64,000 nt of DNA from a bacterium (GTDB lineage Bacteria; Patescibacteriota; Patescibacteriia; 2-12-FULL-60-25). Under the pieces are notes generated by a model that saw only the letters and a list, made by a program, of their open reading frames with translations, did no database searches and was not told the origin of the DNA. This document shows positions 1 through 7,040 of the stretch, piece after piece. How positions within the stretch are numbered: the first letter of the stretch is position 1; every line of letters starts with the position of its first letter. Where the stretch lies: positions 438,625 to 502,624 of the forward strand of contig JAJYXM010000016.1 of NCBI GenBank assembly GCA_021796435.1, in the 5' to 3' direction. The position numbers and the translations under genes were made by a program.

Positions 1-509
1 CGAAGAAGAACATCGCCATGCTGGTCAAGGCATTTACGCAGTTCAAGGTTCGCCGCGGCGTAGGCGATCCTTTCAAACTTGTGTTGATGGGACCGCAGGG
101 ATTCGGATATGAAGACATCAAACGCGAAATAGCGAATTCGAGCGTCAAATCCGAGATCCTTGAGTTGGGATATGTGCCGGAGGTTGATAAACCGTACATA
201 ATCTCGGCGGCGCACGCCTTGATCCATCCTGCATTCTACGAGGGGTTCGGCATCCCGCCGATCGAAGCGATGGCCTGCGGTACGCCGGTGATTTCGTCGA
301 ATGCCGCTTCATTGCCCGAGATCATGGGCGACGCGGCCCTGTATTTTTCGCCGGAAGAACCGGAACAGCTGATAGGCATGATGGACAGGCTGATCCAGGA
401 GCCGAATCTGCGGACAACGCTCTCGACGGCTGGTCTTGAGATGGCGAAACGCTATACATGGAAATCAGCAGCCGAGAAGATCTTGCCGGTACTTACACGA
501 TGGGCGTAG
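1..509 (+). CDS. Glycosyltransferase family 4 (GT-B), C-terminal fragment; the gene begins upstream of the window
   Basis: The reading frame is open to the left edge. It carries the GT4 C-terminal signature FYEGFGIPPIEAMACGTPVISS (E-x7-E region) and stops with TAG at 507-509. Confidence 0.7.
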   Translation, partial: KKNIAMLVKAFTQFKVRRGVGDPFKLVLMGPQGFGYEDIKREIANSSVKSEILELGYVPEVDKPYIISAAHALIHPAFYEGFGIPPIEAMACGTPVISSNAASLPEIMGDAALYFSPEEPEQLIGMMDRLIQEPNLRTTLSTAGLEMAKRYTWKSAAEKILPVLTRWA

Positions 510-513
510 AGAA

Positions 514-630
514 AATTACGAATTACGAATGACGAATGACGAATTGTTGGAAGGGGTTGGGTTAATTACGAATGACGAATGACGAATTGTTGGAAGGGGT
601 TGGGTTAATTACGAATGACGAATTGACATC
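514..630. repeat. 43-bp tandem direct repeat, about 2.7 copies (unit aattacgaatgacgaatgacgaattgttggaaggggttgggtt), directly upstream of the regulator gene
   Basis: Read directly: 521-563 and 564-606 are identical, and a third copy at 607-630 is truncated. It has an internal ACGAAT/GACGAAT sub-periodicity and ends in ttgacatcggtATG. Confidence 0.9.
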
Positions 631-633
631 GGT

Positions 634-1401
634 ATGCATGAGGCGACATTGAGGTTGTTGGAACTTGGGTTGAGCAATAAAGAGGCAAGCGTGTATCTTG
701 CGATGTTGGAGATCGGACCAGCTGGCGTACAGGATATAGCGCAGAAAGCCGGGGTAAACCGCTCGACGACTTATCTGACATTGGATGAACTAAAGAAGCG
801 GGGGTTGGCTTCATCCAGTACGGAGAACAAAAAGACCCTGTTCACGGCGGAATCGCCCTCGCGACTTTCTGCTGTCTTGAACAGGGAACGTGATGAGCTG
901 GAGAGCAGGAAGAAGAAACTGCAGGAATCGATTCCTTATTTCATGGCGCTCTACAATGCGATCGATGACAAACCGCAGGTCAGGTTCTTTGAGGGCGAAG
1001 AGGGGATAGTGGCCTTGCGGGAATTCATGGCCCAATCCAGAGGGGAGTATCTGAGCTTCACCGCGATTGATGAAGGGACGTTGCGCATGGCCAACATCAA
1101 TCCTGCACAACGTCTCAAGATGTCGCGTAGAGTGCATGGGAGGTATATTTTTTCGTTGAAGCCTAAGTTCGCGATCCCGAAGATGGATCTGACGAATTGG
1201 CAGGTCAAACAGCTCCCGTACGGCGCTTATCCTTTTACGGGCGAGATAAATATCGTGGATAATAAAGTCGCGGCTTATGTGGTCAAGAACAAGCCGCTCG
1301 GGATTTTGGTCGAGAACAAAGAGATGACGGATCTGTTTCGCGCCATGTTCAATGCGGCGTGGCAGGTGGGTAAACCGGTGGATAAGCGAAAGATGGGGTG
1401 A
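634..1401 (+). CDS. TrmB-family (sugar-responsive) transcriptional regulator
   Basis: The N-terminal winged HTH LGLSNKEASVYLAMLEIGPAGVQDIAQKAGVNRSTTYLTLDELKKRGL matches the TrmB family HTH pattern, and the length of about 250 aa is typical. This is a family-level call only. Confidence 0.7.
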   Translation: MHEATLRLLELGLSNKEASVYLAMLEIGPAGVQDIAQKAGVNRSTTYLTLDELKKRGLASSSTENKKTLFTAESPSRLSAVLNRERDELESRKKKLQESIPYFMALYNAIDDKPQVRFFEGEEGIVALREFMAQSRGEYLSFTAIDEGTLRMANINPAQRLKMSRRVHGRYIFSLKPKFAIPKMDLTNWQVKQLPYGAYPFTGEINIVDNKVAAYVVKNKPLGILVENKEMTDLFRAMFNAAWQVGKPVDKRKMG

Positions 1402-1402
1402 G

Positions 1403-1680
1403 TGAAGACAGGTATTCGCTTTCTTACCTGCGGGTCTCGTTTCAGTCTATCTCGAACAGGTCCTCGGTCAAGAAAGCGAATACCTGTCTTCACTTAGAGG
1501 AAGGGGAAGGATCAGGCGAGGAGCCCGCTTTCTTACCTGCGGGGCTCGTTTCAGCCTATCTCGAACACATCCTCGGTCAAGAAAGCAGGCACCCCATTGT
1601 CACATAGAGGAAAAGGGAGGGGTCAGGCGAAGTGTCAGCTTTCTTACCTGCGGGGCTCGATTTTGTTTATCTTGAACGGT
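1403..1680. repeat. Tandem array (period about 110 bp, about 2.6 units) of a hairpin-forming element with conserved core ...gctttcttacctgcggg(g/t)ctcg...tatctcgaaca..tcctcggtcaagaaagc...
   Basis: Copy A (1403-1492) is bounded by a perfect 23-bp inverted repeat (tgaagacaggtattcgctttctt / aagaaagcgaatacctgtcttca). Copy B is at about 1521-1590, and copy C at about 1631-1680 is truncated. A purine-rich spacer tagaggaaggggaagg(g)atcaggcga lies between units. The array starts 1 nt after the regulator stop codon. Confidence 0.85.
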
Positions 1681-1814
1681 GGATTTTTTGTCTAATTTTA
1701 GGTAAAATTAGTTTTAAGACAAGTGTTTTTCTTTTAATTTACATAAGTTTTTAGTATCTTAGTTTTTCTTCTATTTTTAGGTACAAAATTGGTTTAAAAC
1801 ATTCAGCCTAACAC

Positions 1815-1843
1815 TTGACAAAAGTGTCATTTTGTGTTATTTT
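1815..1843 (+). promoter_or_regulatory. Candidate sigma70-type promoter (TTGACA -N17- TATTTT) in an AT-rich spacer with imperfect direct repeats (ttaggtaaaattagtttt / ttaggtacaaaattggttt)
   Basis: TTGACA lies at 1815-1820 and TATTTT at 1838-1843, about 100 nt upstream of the 1941 ORF. The intergenic stretch 1690-1900 is strongly AT-rich relative to its flanks. Confidence 0.3.
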
Positions 1844-1940
1844 ATTTGGTTCTTTAGACAACCGTTGTCATTCTGATTTGGGGAAATTGCCTCGATTCCT
1901 GCCTGCGCGGGGATGACGAAAGCGGTTTTTCTGAATCAGG

Positions 1941-2483
1941 ATGACAACGAACAACCCCCGTCAAACGGGGGAGAAAGGTTTTGCCGTGAAAAAGTCGTTT
2001 CAGGCTGCAGCGATGGGAATTGCCGCGGCGTTCCTGCTGATCATCATCAGCGGAATCATCTGGCGCGCGTGCGCCAACCACTCCAAGGGTCTCGTGATCC
2101 GGTGGGTTTACCCGCAGGACCATGTGCCATACGGAGTGCCGGTGGTCGAAGGCACGTTTAACTCGTCGGGGAATCAACACCCCTGGCAGAAAGAACTGTG
2201 CGAGATGGAAAGGACAGCGAGCAACGAATACTCGTGCACGGTGGATATCCCATCGGGCAGCGAGTTCTTGTTCGCGATCCGCTACGTCGACTCCAAGACG
2301 GACAAGACGTGCTGGGTCTTCGACCACAGCGCGGATAAGCCGTGCGGAGGCAATGGTGCGGACGCAGGTCGGGTCTTCCTGGCCTTCGAGTCCAAGCCGA
2401 TCACGTTCACCGAGGTCAGCAATGGCCTCAAAGATTCGACAGGCGCTGCGTCGTTCTATGATGCACAAACTTCGATGCCGTGA
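1941..2483 (+). CDS. Small membrane-anchored protein (N-terminal TM helix) with a conserved Cys-containing C-terminal domain shared with the 812-aa lipoprotein
   Basis: Hydrophobic segment AAMGIAAAFLLIIISGIIW. The segment HPW...YSC...CWVFDHSADKPCGGNGADAG aligns with HPW...YSC...CWTFDHSTDFPCGGNGADVG at the C-terminus of the 4428..6866 ORF. Confidence 0.55.
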   Translation: MTTNNPRQTGEKGFAVKKSFQAAAMGIAAAFLLIIISGIIWRACANHSKGLVIRWVYPQDHVPYGVPVVEGTFNSSGNQHPWQKELCEMERTASNEYSCTVDIPSGSEFLFAIRYVDSKTDKTCWVFDHSADKPCGGNGADAGRVFLAFESKPITFTEVSNGLKDSTGAASFYDAQTSMP

Positions 2484-2516
2484 ATGATCCCGTCGATGAC
2501 GGGGAAAGGATTTCCG

Positions 2517-4064
2517 ATGAAGATGAACACGAAGTCACTGGTTGGACTGGTTGCGGTTTCTCTTTCTATGTTCGTCGGTTGCGGCGACAACTCTGAGGGG
2601 CTCATCCCGGGTCTCGACGAGAATGCTGCGGGCAACGCTGGCGGCTATGTCCCGCCTCCGGCCGGAACGGGTGGAAGCACCCAGACCGGCGGAAGTGGCG
2701 GCAGCAATGTGCAGACCGGCGGCGCAGCTGGCACGGGCGGCTCGCAAGCTGGAACCGGCGGGTCCAACTCCAATCCCTCTACCGGAGGGAGCGGCGGAGG
2801 AACTGCGGGAACCGGTGGCGAGGCTGGCAGCGGCGGAACGACAGCGACCGGCGGTTCGGGTGGAAGCACCCAGACCGGCGGAAGTGGTGGATCGAGCGAG
2901 ACCGGCGGAGCGGCGGGCGAGGCTAGTACGGGCGGAAGTGCCGGGACTGGCGGATCGACTGGCGGAACCGGTGGAAGCACCGGAACCGTCTGCACGCCGA
3001 ACGCGTCCGCGCCATGTGCGCTCTCGACGACCTGCATGGGCGAAACGACGTGCAAGAGCGACGGCAGCGGCTACAACGACACCTGCGACGATGTCAACAA
3101 CTGCAACAGCGGAACGGGCGGGAGCTCGGGAAGCGGCGGCAGTGGCGGAAGCGCGGGGACCGGCGGAGCGGCTGGCACGGGCGGATCCGGTGGATCGGTC
3201 AGCACGCTCGGCGAGATGTCGGTCACGATCAATATCCCGGTCTGTTCGACGGATCACGACATCTACATGTTCGCCCAGGATAAGACGCCGCAGTCTGGGA
3301 CCGTCGACTGGAACACGACCTTCTGGGCATCGAATACGAACGAAGGCACGTACACCTTCAAGGTCGCGCCGGGCGACGTCGTCAAGGTCGGGGGCTACTA
3401 TGACCCCGAGGTCGGCAAGGATCCGTGGGCCAAGAAGTTCTGCGACCCCGTGACACTCAAGCGTGTCGTGGCAGTGTGGGCGACGTTCAACGGTGAGTAT
3501 GTGCCGGCGCCGGAGGTGAAGAGCAATGGCGACGGTGGATGTGATTTCTACTTCCACGCCATTGCGCTCGAGCCTACGGCTGACGACAGCGATGGCGACG
3601 GAGACCCGGACGAGGACGACTGCCTGCCTCTCGATCCCCGTGGCTACCATGGCCAGACCGAGTCATGCGGCGACAACCTCAACCTCGACTGCATCGGCGG
3701 GAACGATCCGAGCCGCGTCCGGTATCGTCTCACGACCATCTCCGGACTCAGTCCTGTTCTGCAGGACTGGGATCGGAACGGCCTCGAGTACGGGCTGAAC
3801 TCCGTCGGCTCGGGCATCTACGAGGTGCTCGTCGAGTCGCCCATCGCGCCCAGGGATTTCACGATCAAGATGGGGACAATCAACGGCTGGGCAACTTGGG
3901 ACATCGGCTACAACAACGGTGTATGCAGCCGACCGACGTACGTCCCGGTGACGCTCACCGTCTCGGATGAGGTGAGCAACACTCCCTACAACCTCGTCTC
4001 CGAGGCGTCGTACGATGACGCCACCCATCAGTGGACTTGCCACGATGTGGTGACCAACCTCTAA
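2517..4064 (+). CDS. Secreted lipoprotein with a long Gly-rich (T-G-G-S/A-x-G) low-complexity linker, a Cys-rich segment and an acidic C-terminal domain
   Basis: The start was chosen at ATG 2517, after an SD-like ggggaaagga (the ORF track begins at 2484). The signal peptide plus lipobox is MKMNTKSLVGLVAVSLSMFVGC. The linker contains GGSTQTGGSGGS twice. The protein also has DDSDGDGDPDEDDC and Cys-rich motifs. Confidence 0.6.
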   Translation: MKMNTKSLVGLVAVSLSMFVGCGDNSEGLIPGLDENAAGNAGGYVPPPAGTGGSTQTGGSGGSNVQTGGAAGTGGSQAGTGGSNSNPSTGGSGGGTAGTGGEAGSGGTTATGGSGGSTQTGGSGGSSETGGAAGEASTGGSAGTGGSTGGTGGSTGTVCTPNASAPCALSTTCMGETTCKSDGSGYNDTCDDVNNCNSGTGGSSGSGGSGGSAGTGGAAGTGGSGGSVSTLGEMSVTINIPVCSTDHDIYMFAQDKTPQSGTVDWNTTFWASNTNEGTYTFKVAPGDVVKVGGYYDPEVGKDPWAKKFCDPVTLKRVVAVWATFNGEYVPAPEVKSNGDGGCDFYFHAIALEPTADDSDGDGDPDEDDCLPLDPRGYHGQTESCGDNLNLDCIGGNDPSRVRYRLTTISGLSPVLQDWDRNGLEYGLNSVGSGIYEVLVESPIAPRDFTIKMGTINGWATWDIGYNNGVCSRPTYVPVTLTVSDEVSNTPYNLVSEASYDDATHQWTCHDVVTNL

Positions 4065-4427
4065 GGTCACCAGTCTGGCGCAGGGGCGAGGCAATCTCGT
4101 CCCTTCACTCCTGAAACCGTCAGGGTGCTCCCACGTAGAACGTGGTTGAGCTCCTGGCGGTTTTTCCATACTTAGATATTCGTTCATTTAGATTAAAATA
4201 TTATGTTAAGCAGGTTTTTGCTTATTTTGCCGCCATTATCCCTTTGCTTATTGACAATCCTTACTTTATTTGTTAGGGTCACATATTCCCAAATTGCGCC
4301 ATTTCAGGGCGGGGGATGCCCGGTCTTTTAGGCTGGGAGTGCTCTTCACAAGTTACGAGGAGGTCAGCGGTCATGCAGAGCCAGATCAATCGGTGTTTCG
4401 CGTTCGGCCGAGAGGAGGGCCGGAATC

Positions 4428-6866
4428 ATGCATAGCCACGTCAACTTCAAGTTCATCTCAGGTCTCGCGTTCTTCGTCGCCATCAGCATCAGCGCCTGCT
4501 CGACCGATTCCGGTACGAGCAAGAAGGCGACCGGCACCACGGTGCAGGCCATCGACAGCGACAACGACGGCGTGGCCGACTGTACGGATCCGCTTCGGAC
4601 GTACGTCGACCTGCAGTGCGTCCCTGTCGACAACTGCCCCGCAATGTCGAACCACGACCAGGCGAATATCGACGGCGATAGCCTGGGCAACGCGTGCGAC
4701 AACGATATCGATGGGGACAAAGTCCCCAACTGCGCCGACGATGGCGTGCTCCCGTGCAACGACACGAGCGCGTCGAGCGGTCGTACGGTCGCCTCCGTGG
4801 CGGTCGACAACTGCATGTACGTTCCGAATCCGCCGCCCTCGTGCGAGGGTGATGCGGACTGCGTGTTCGCTGGCGGGACCTGCGTGAGCGGATACTGCTC
4901 GGGCCAGCTCGACTCGGACAACGACGGGTTGGGCGACAAGTGCGACGGCGATTCCGACAACGACGGGATCCTGGACTGCACTGACCCGACCCTGACGTAC
5001 ACGGACCCGGCATGCGTGTTCGCGGACAATTGTCCAACGGTGTCCAACCCCGACCAGTCCGATTCCGACATGGACGGCCAGGGCGACGAGTGCGACAACG
5101 ATAGGGATAACGACGGGATCTGTGATCCCAACGGCCCTACGTTCGGCTGCACCGGGCAGGACAACTGCCCCGACGTCGCCAACAACAACCAGAGCGATTC
5201 CGACAAGGACGGGCTCGGGGACGCTTGCGACCCCGACGACGACAACGACGGCGTGCCGGACACGGCAGACAACTGCCAGTTCACGCCGAACGCGGACCAG
5301 GTCGACACGAACCACGACGGGATCGGCGACGCCTGCGTCAACGATTTCGACGGCGACGGGATCCCCAACGGGAACGACAACTGCCCGCGGGTCCCGAACG
5401 TCGATCAGGCCGACAGCGACCACGACGGCGTCGGAAATGCATGCGAGGGTGATAGCGACGGCGACGGAGTGCAGGATTGCTCGAATGTCGGGCTCCTGGT
5501 CTACACCGACCCGAACTGCATCCCCAAGGACAATTGCCCCACGGTCGCCAACTTCGACCAGCTCGACCAGGACGGCGACGGGATCGGCAATCTCTGCGAC
5601 CCGGATCTCGACGGCGATGGCGTGCCGAACGCGACCGACAACTGCCCGAACCAGGCCAACGCCGACCAGGCGGACCAGGACGATGACGGGATCGGGGATG
5701 TCTGTGACGACGATGTCGACGGCGACGGGATCCTCAACGGGCTCGACAACTGCCCGCGGGTTCCGAACCCCGACCAGGCCAACAGCGACGGCGACGCCTA
5801 CGGCAACGCGTGCGACGACGACAAGGACAATGACGGGTATTGCAACCCAGGCGTGGTCCTTCCGAGCGCGCAGTGCACCGGCGTGGACAACTGCCCCGAC
5901 ATCGCCAACCCGACGCAGTCCGACCTGGACAAGGACGGACTCGGGGACGCGTGTGACGACGACGCCGATGGCGACGGGCAGACCGCCGCCGAGGGAGACT
6001 GCTGCGACAAGGGCTCGGAGATCTCGTCGCTGCGTCAGTGCAACACGCTGACCGCGCCGCTGATCAACACGAACGCGCTCGAGCTCTGCGACCAGCAGGA
6101 CAACAACTGCAACGGCCTGAAGGACGAGGGCGTCGACGACGACCACGACAACTGGTCGAAGCCTGGAGTCCTTCCGGAGCAGGTGTGCCCCACCAACCTG
6201 GGCGGCGCGGATGACTGCGACGACACGGATCCGAACGTGAACCCCGGCAACGGGACTTGCGGCGGAACGGGTGGCGCGGCCGGAAGTGCTGGCACGGGTG
6301 GTACGGCAGGCGCCGCGGGAACCGGCGGAACGGCCGGGACCGGTGGTACGGCTGGCACGGGTGGCGCTGGCGGAGCTGGCGGCACGGGTGGTACGGCAGG
6401 CGCCGCGGGAACCGGCGGAACGGCCGGGACCGGTGGTACGGGTGGTTCGGCTGGTGCGACGACTGACCTCGTCTTCACCTGGACGCCGGATCCGCAGCGC
6501 ATGCCGACGGGGCCGGTCGACATCATGGGATGGTACGTCGACGTCCTGAACGGCGGCGTGCAGCACCCGTGGGGTACGGTCTGCAGCGAGACGATTGCTT
6601 CGGGCATCTACTCGTGCCTGGTCACGCTGCCCAGCGGCGCACACCTCGTGTTCGACGGCCGCTATGCCTACTCGATGGCGAGCGGCGGCTACTGCTGGAC
6701 CTTCGACCACAGCACGGACTTCCCGTGCGGCGGGAACGGCGCGGACGTCGGACTCACCGTGGTCAAGGACGGCGCCGTGGTCGTGCCCTTCACCTACGTC
6801 TGGAACGGCAAGGGCACAGGCCCGGTCGGCGCCGTGTACTTCAACGGCGACCTCATCGTTCCCTGA
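4428..6866 (+). CDS. Large secreted lipoprotein: about 20 thrombospondin type-3 (TSP3) Ca-binding repeats, a Cys-rich metal-binding-like motif, a Gly-rich linker and a conserved C-terminal domain
   Basis: A strong SD (gagaggaggg) precedes the ATG. The signal peptide plus lipobox is AFFVAISISAC. It has many DxDxDGxGDxCDxDxDNDG / DNCPxxxNxDQxDxD units (TSP_3-like). CDQQDNNCNGLKDEG and DCDDTDPNVNPG resemble the Myxococcus-type Cys-rich putative metal-binding motif. Its C-terminal 130 aa is homologous to the 1941..2483 product. Confidence 0.8.
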   Translation: MHSHVNFKFISGLAFFVAISISACSTDSGTSKKATGTTVQAIDSDNDGVADCTDPLRTYVDLQCVPVDNCPAMSNHDQANIDGDSLGNACDNDIDGDKVPNCADDGVLPCNDTSASSGRTVASVAVDNCMYVPNPPPSCEGDADCVFAGGTCVSGYCSGQLDSDNDGLGDKCDGDSDNDGILDCTDPTLTYTDPACVFADNCPTVSNPDQSDSDMDGQGDECDNDRDNDGICDPNGPTFGCTGQDNCPDVANNNQSDSDKDGLGDACDPDDDNDGVPDTADNCQFTPNADQVDTNHDGIGDACVNDFDGDGIPNGNDNCPRVPNVDQADSDHDGVGNACEGDSDGDGVQDCSNVGLLVYTDPNCIPKDNCPTVANFDQLDQDGDGIGNLCDPDLDGDGVPNATDNCPNQANADQADQDDDGIGDVCDDDVDGDGILNGLDNCPRVPNPDQANSDGDAYGNACDDDKDNDGYCNPGVVLPSAQCTGVDNCPDIANPTQSDLDKDGLGDACDDDADGDGQTAAEGDCCDKGSEISSLRQCNTLTAPLINTNALELCDQQDNNCNGLKDEGVDDDHDNWSKPGVLPEQVCPTNLGGADDCDDTDPNVNPGNGTCGGTGGAAGSAGTGGTAGAAGTGGTAGTGGTAGTGGAGGAGGTGGTAGAAGTGGTAGTGGTGGSAGATTDLVFTWTPDPQRMPTGPVDIMGWYVDVLNGGVQHPWGTVCSETIASGIYSCLVTLPSGAHLVFDGRYAYSMASGGYCWTFDHSTDFPCGGNGADVGLTVVKDGAVVVPFTYVWNGKGTGPVGAVYFNGDLIVP

Positions 6867-6885
6867 CCTCCTTCCTCTGACGCTT

Positions 6886-6915
6886 GGGCGAGGCATGCCT
6901 CGCCCCTACACTTTT
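6886..6915 (+). terminator. Rho-independent terminator candidate (perfect palindrome gggcgaggcatgcctcgccc followed by ctacacTTTTgag)
   Basis: A 20-nt perfect GC-rich palindrome lies at 6886-6905 with a T-run at 6911-6914, 20 nt after the stop of the 812-aa ORF. A second hairpin is at 6916-6950 (gagaccgc...gcggtctc). Confidence 0.5.
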
Positions 6916-6979
6916 GAGACCGCTTCGGCAACCCATGCTGAGGCGGTCTCTTCCATTTCAGGGGAGAAACTTCATCAGT

Positions 6980-7021
6980 AGGGGCGAATGATCATTCGCC
7001 CCTACATTCGTATCTGCCTTT
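6980..7021 (+). terminator. Second terminator-like palindrome (aggggcgaatgatcattcgcccct) followed by ...ctgccTTTTTcg
   Basis: A 24-nt perfect palindrome. The tail cgcccctaca is shared with the first hairpin, suggesting a duplicated design. A T5 run lies at 7017-7021. Confidence 0.45.
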
Positions 7022-7040
7022 TTCGTGTTACAATTGTCTT

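Noticed and set aside
1398-1607. 69-aa ORF spanning the tandem hairpin repeats
   Set aside because: It lies entirely inside the repeat array and reads through conserved stem sequences, so it is most likely non-coding.
2535-3650. 371-aa minus-strand ORF and the 303-aa + strand alternate-frame ORF (2542..3453) overlapping the Gly-rich lipoprotein gene
   Set aside because: Low-complexity Arg/Ala/Ser-rich products generated by the GGN-rich repeat region. The frame at 2517..4064 yields a lipoprotein signal and structured domains.
4458-6896. 812-aa ORF on the minus strand exactly mirroring the TSP3 lipoprotein gene, plus several 70-340-aa ORFs in the same region (for example 4364..5380, 5122..6051, 6035..6607)
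   Set aside because: Arg/Val/Ala/Gly-rich translations with no motifs, typical antisense or alternate-frame artefacts of a high-GC, GNN-periodic coding region. The + strand product has a signal peptide, a lipobox and coherent repeats.
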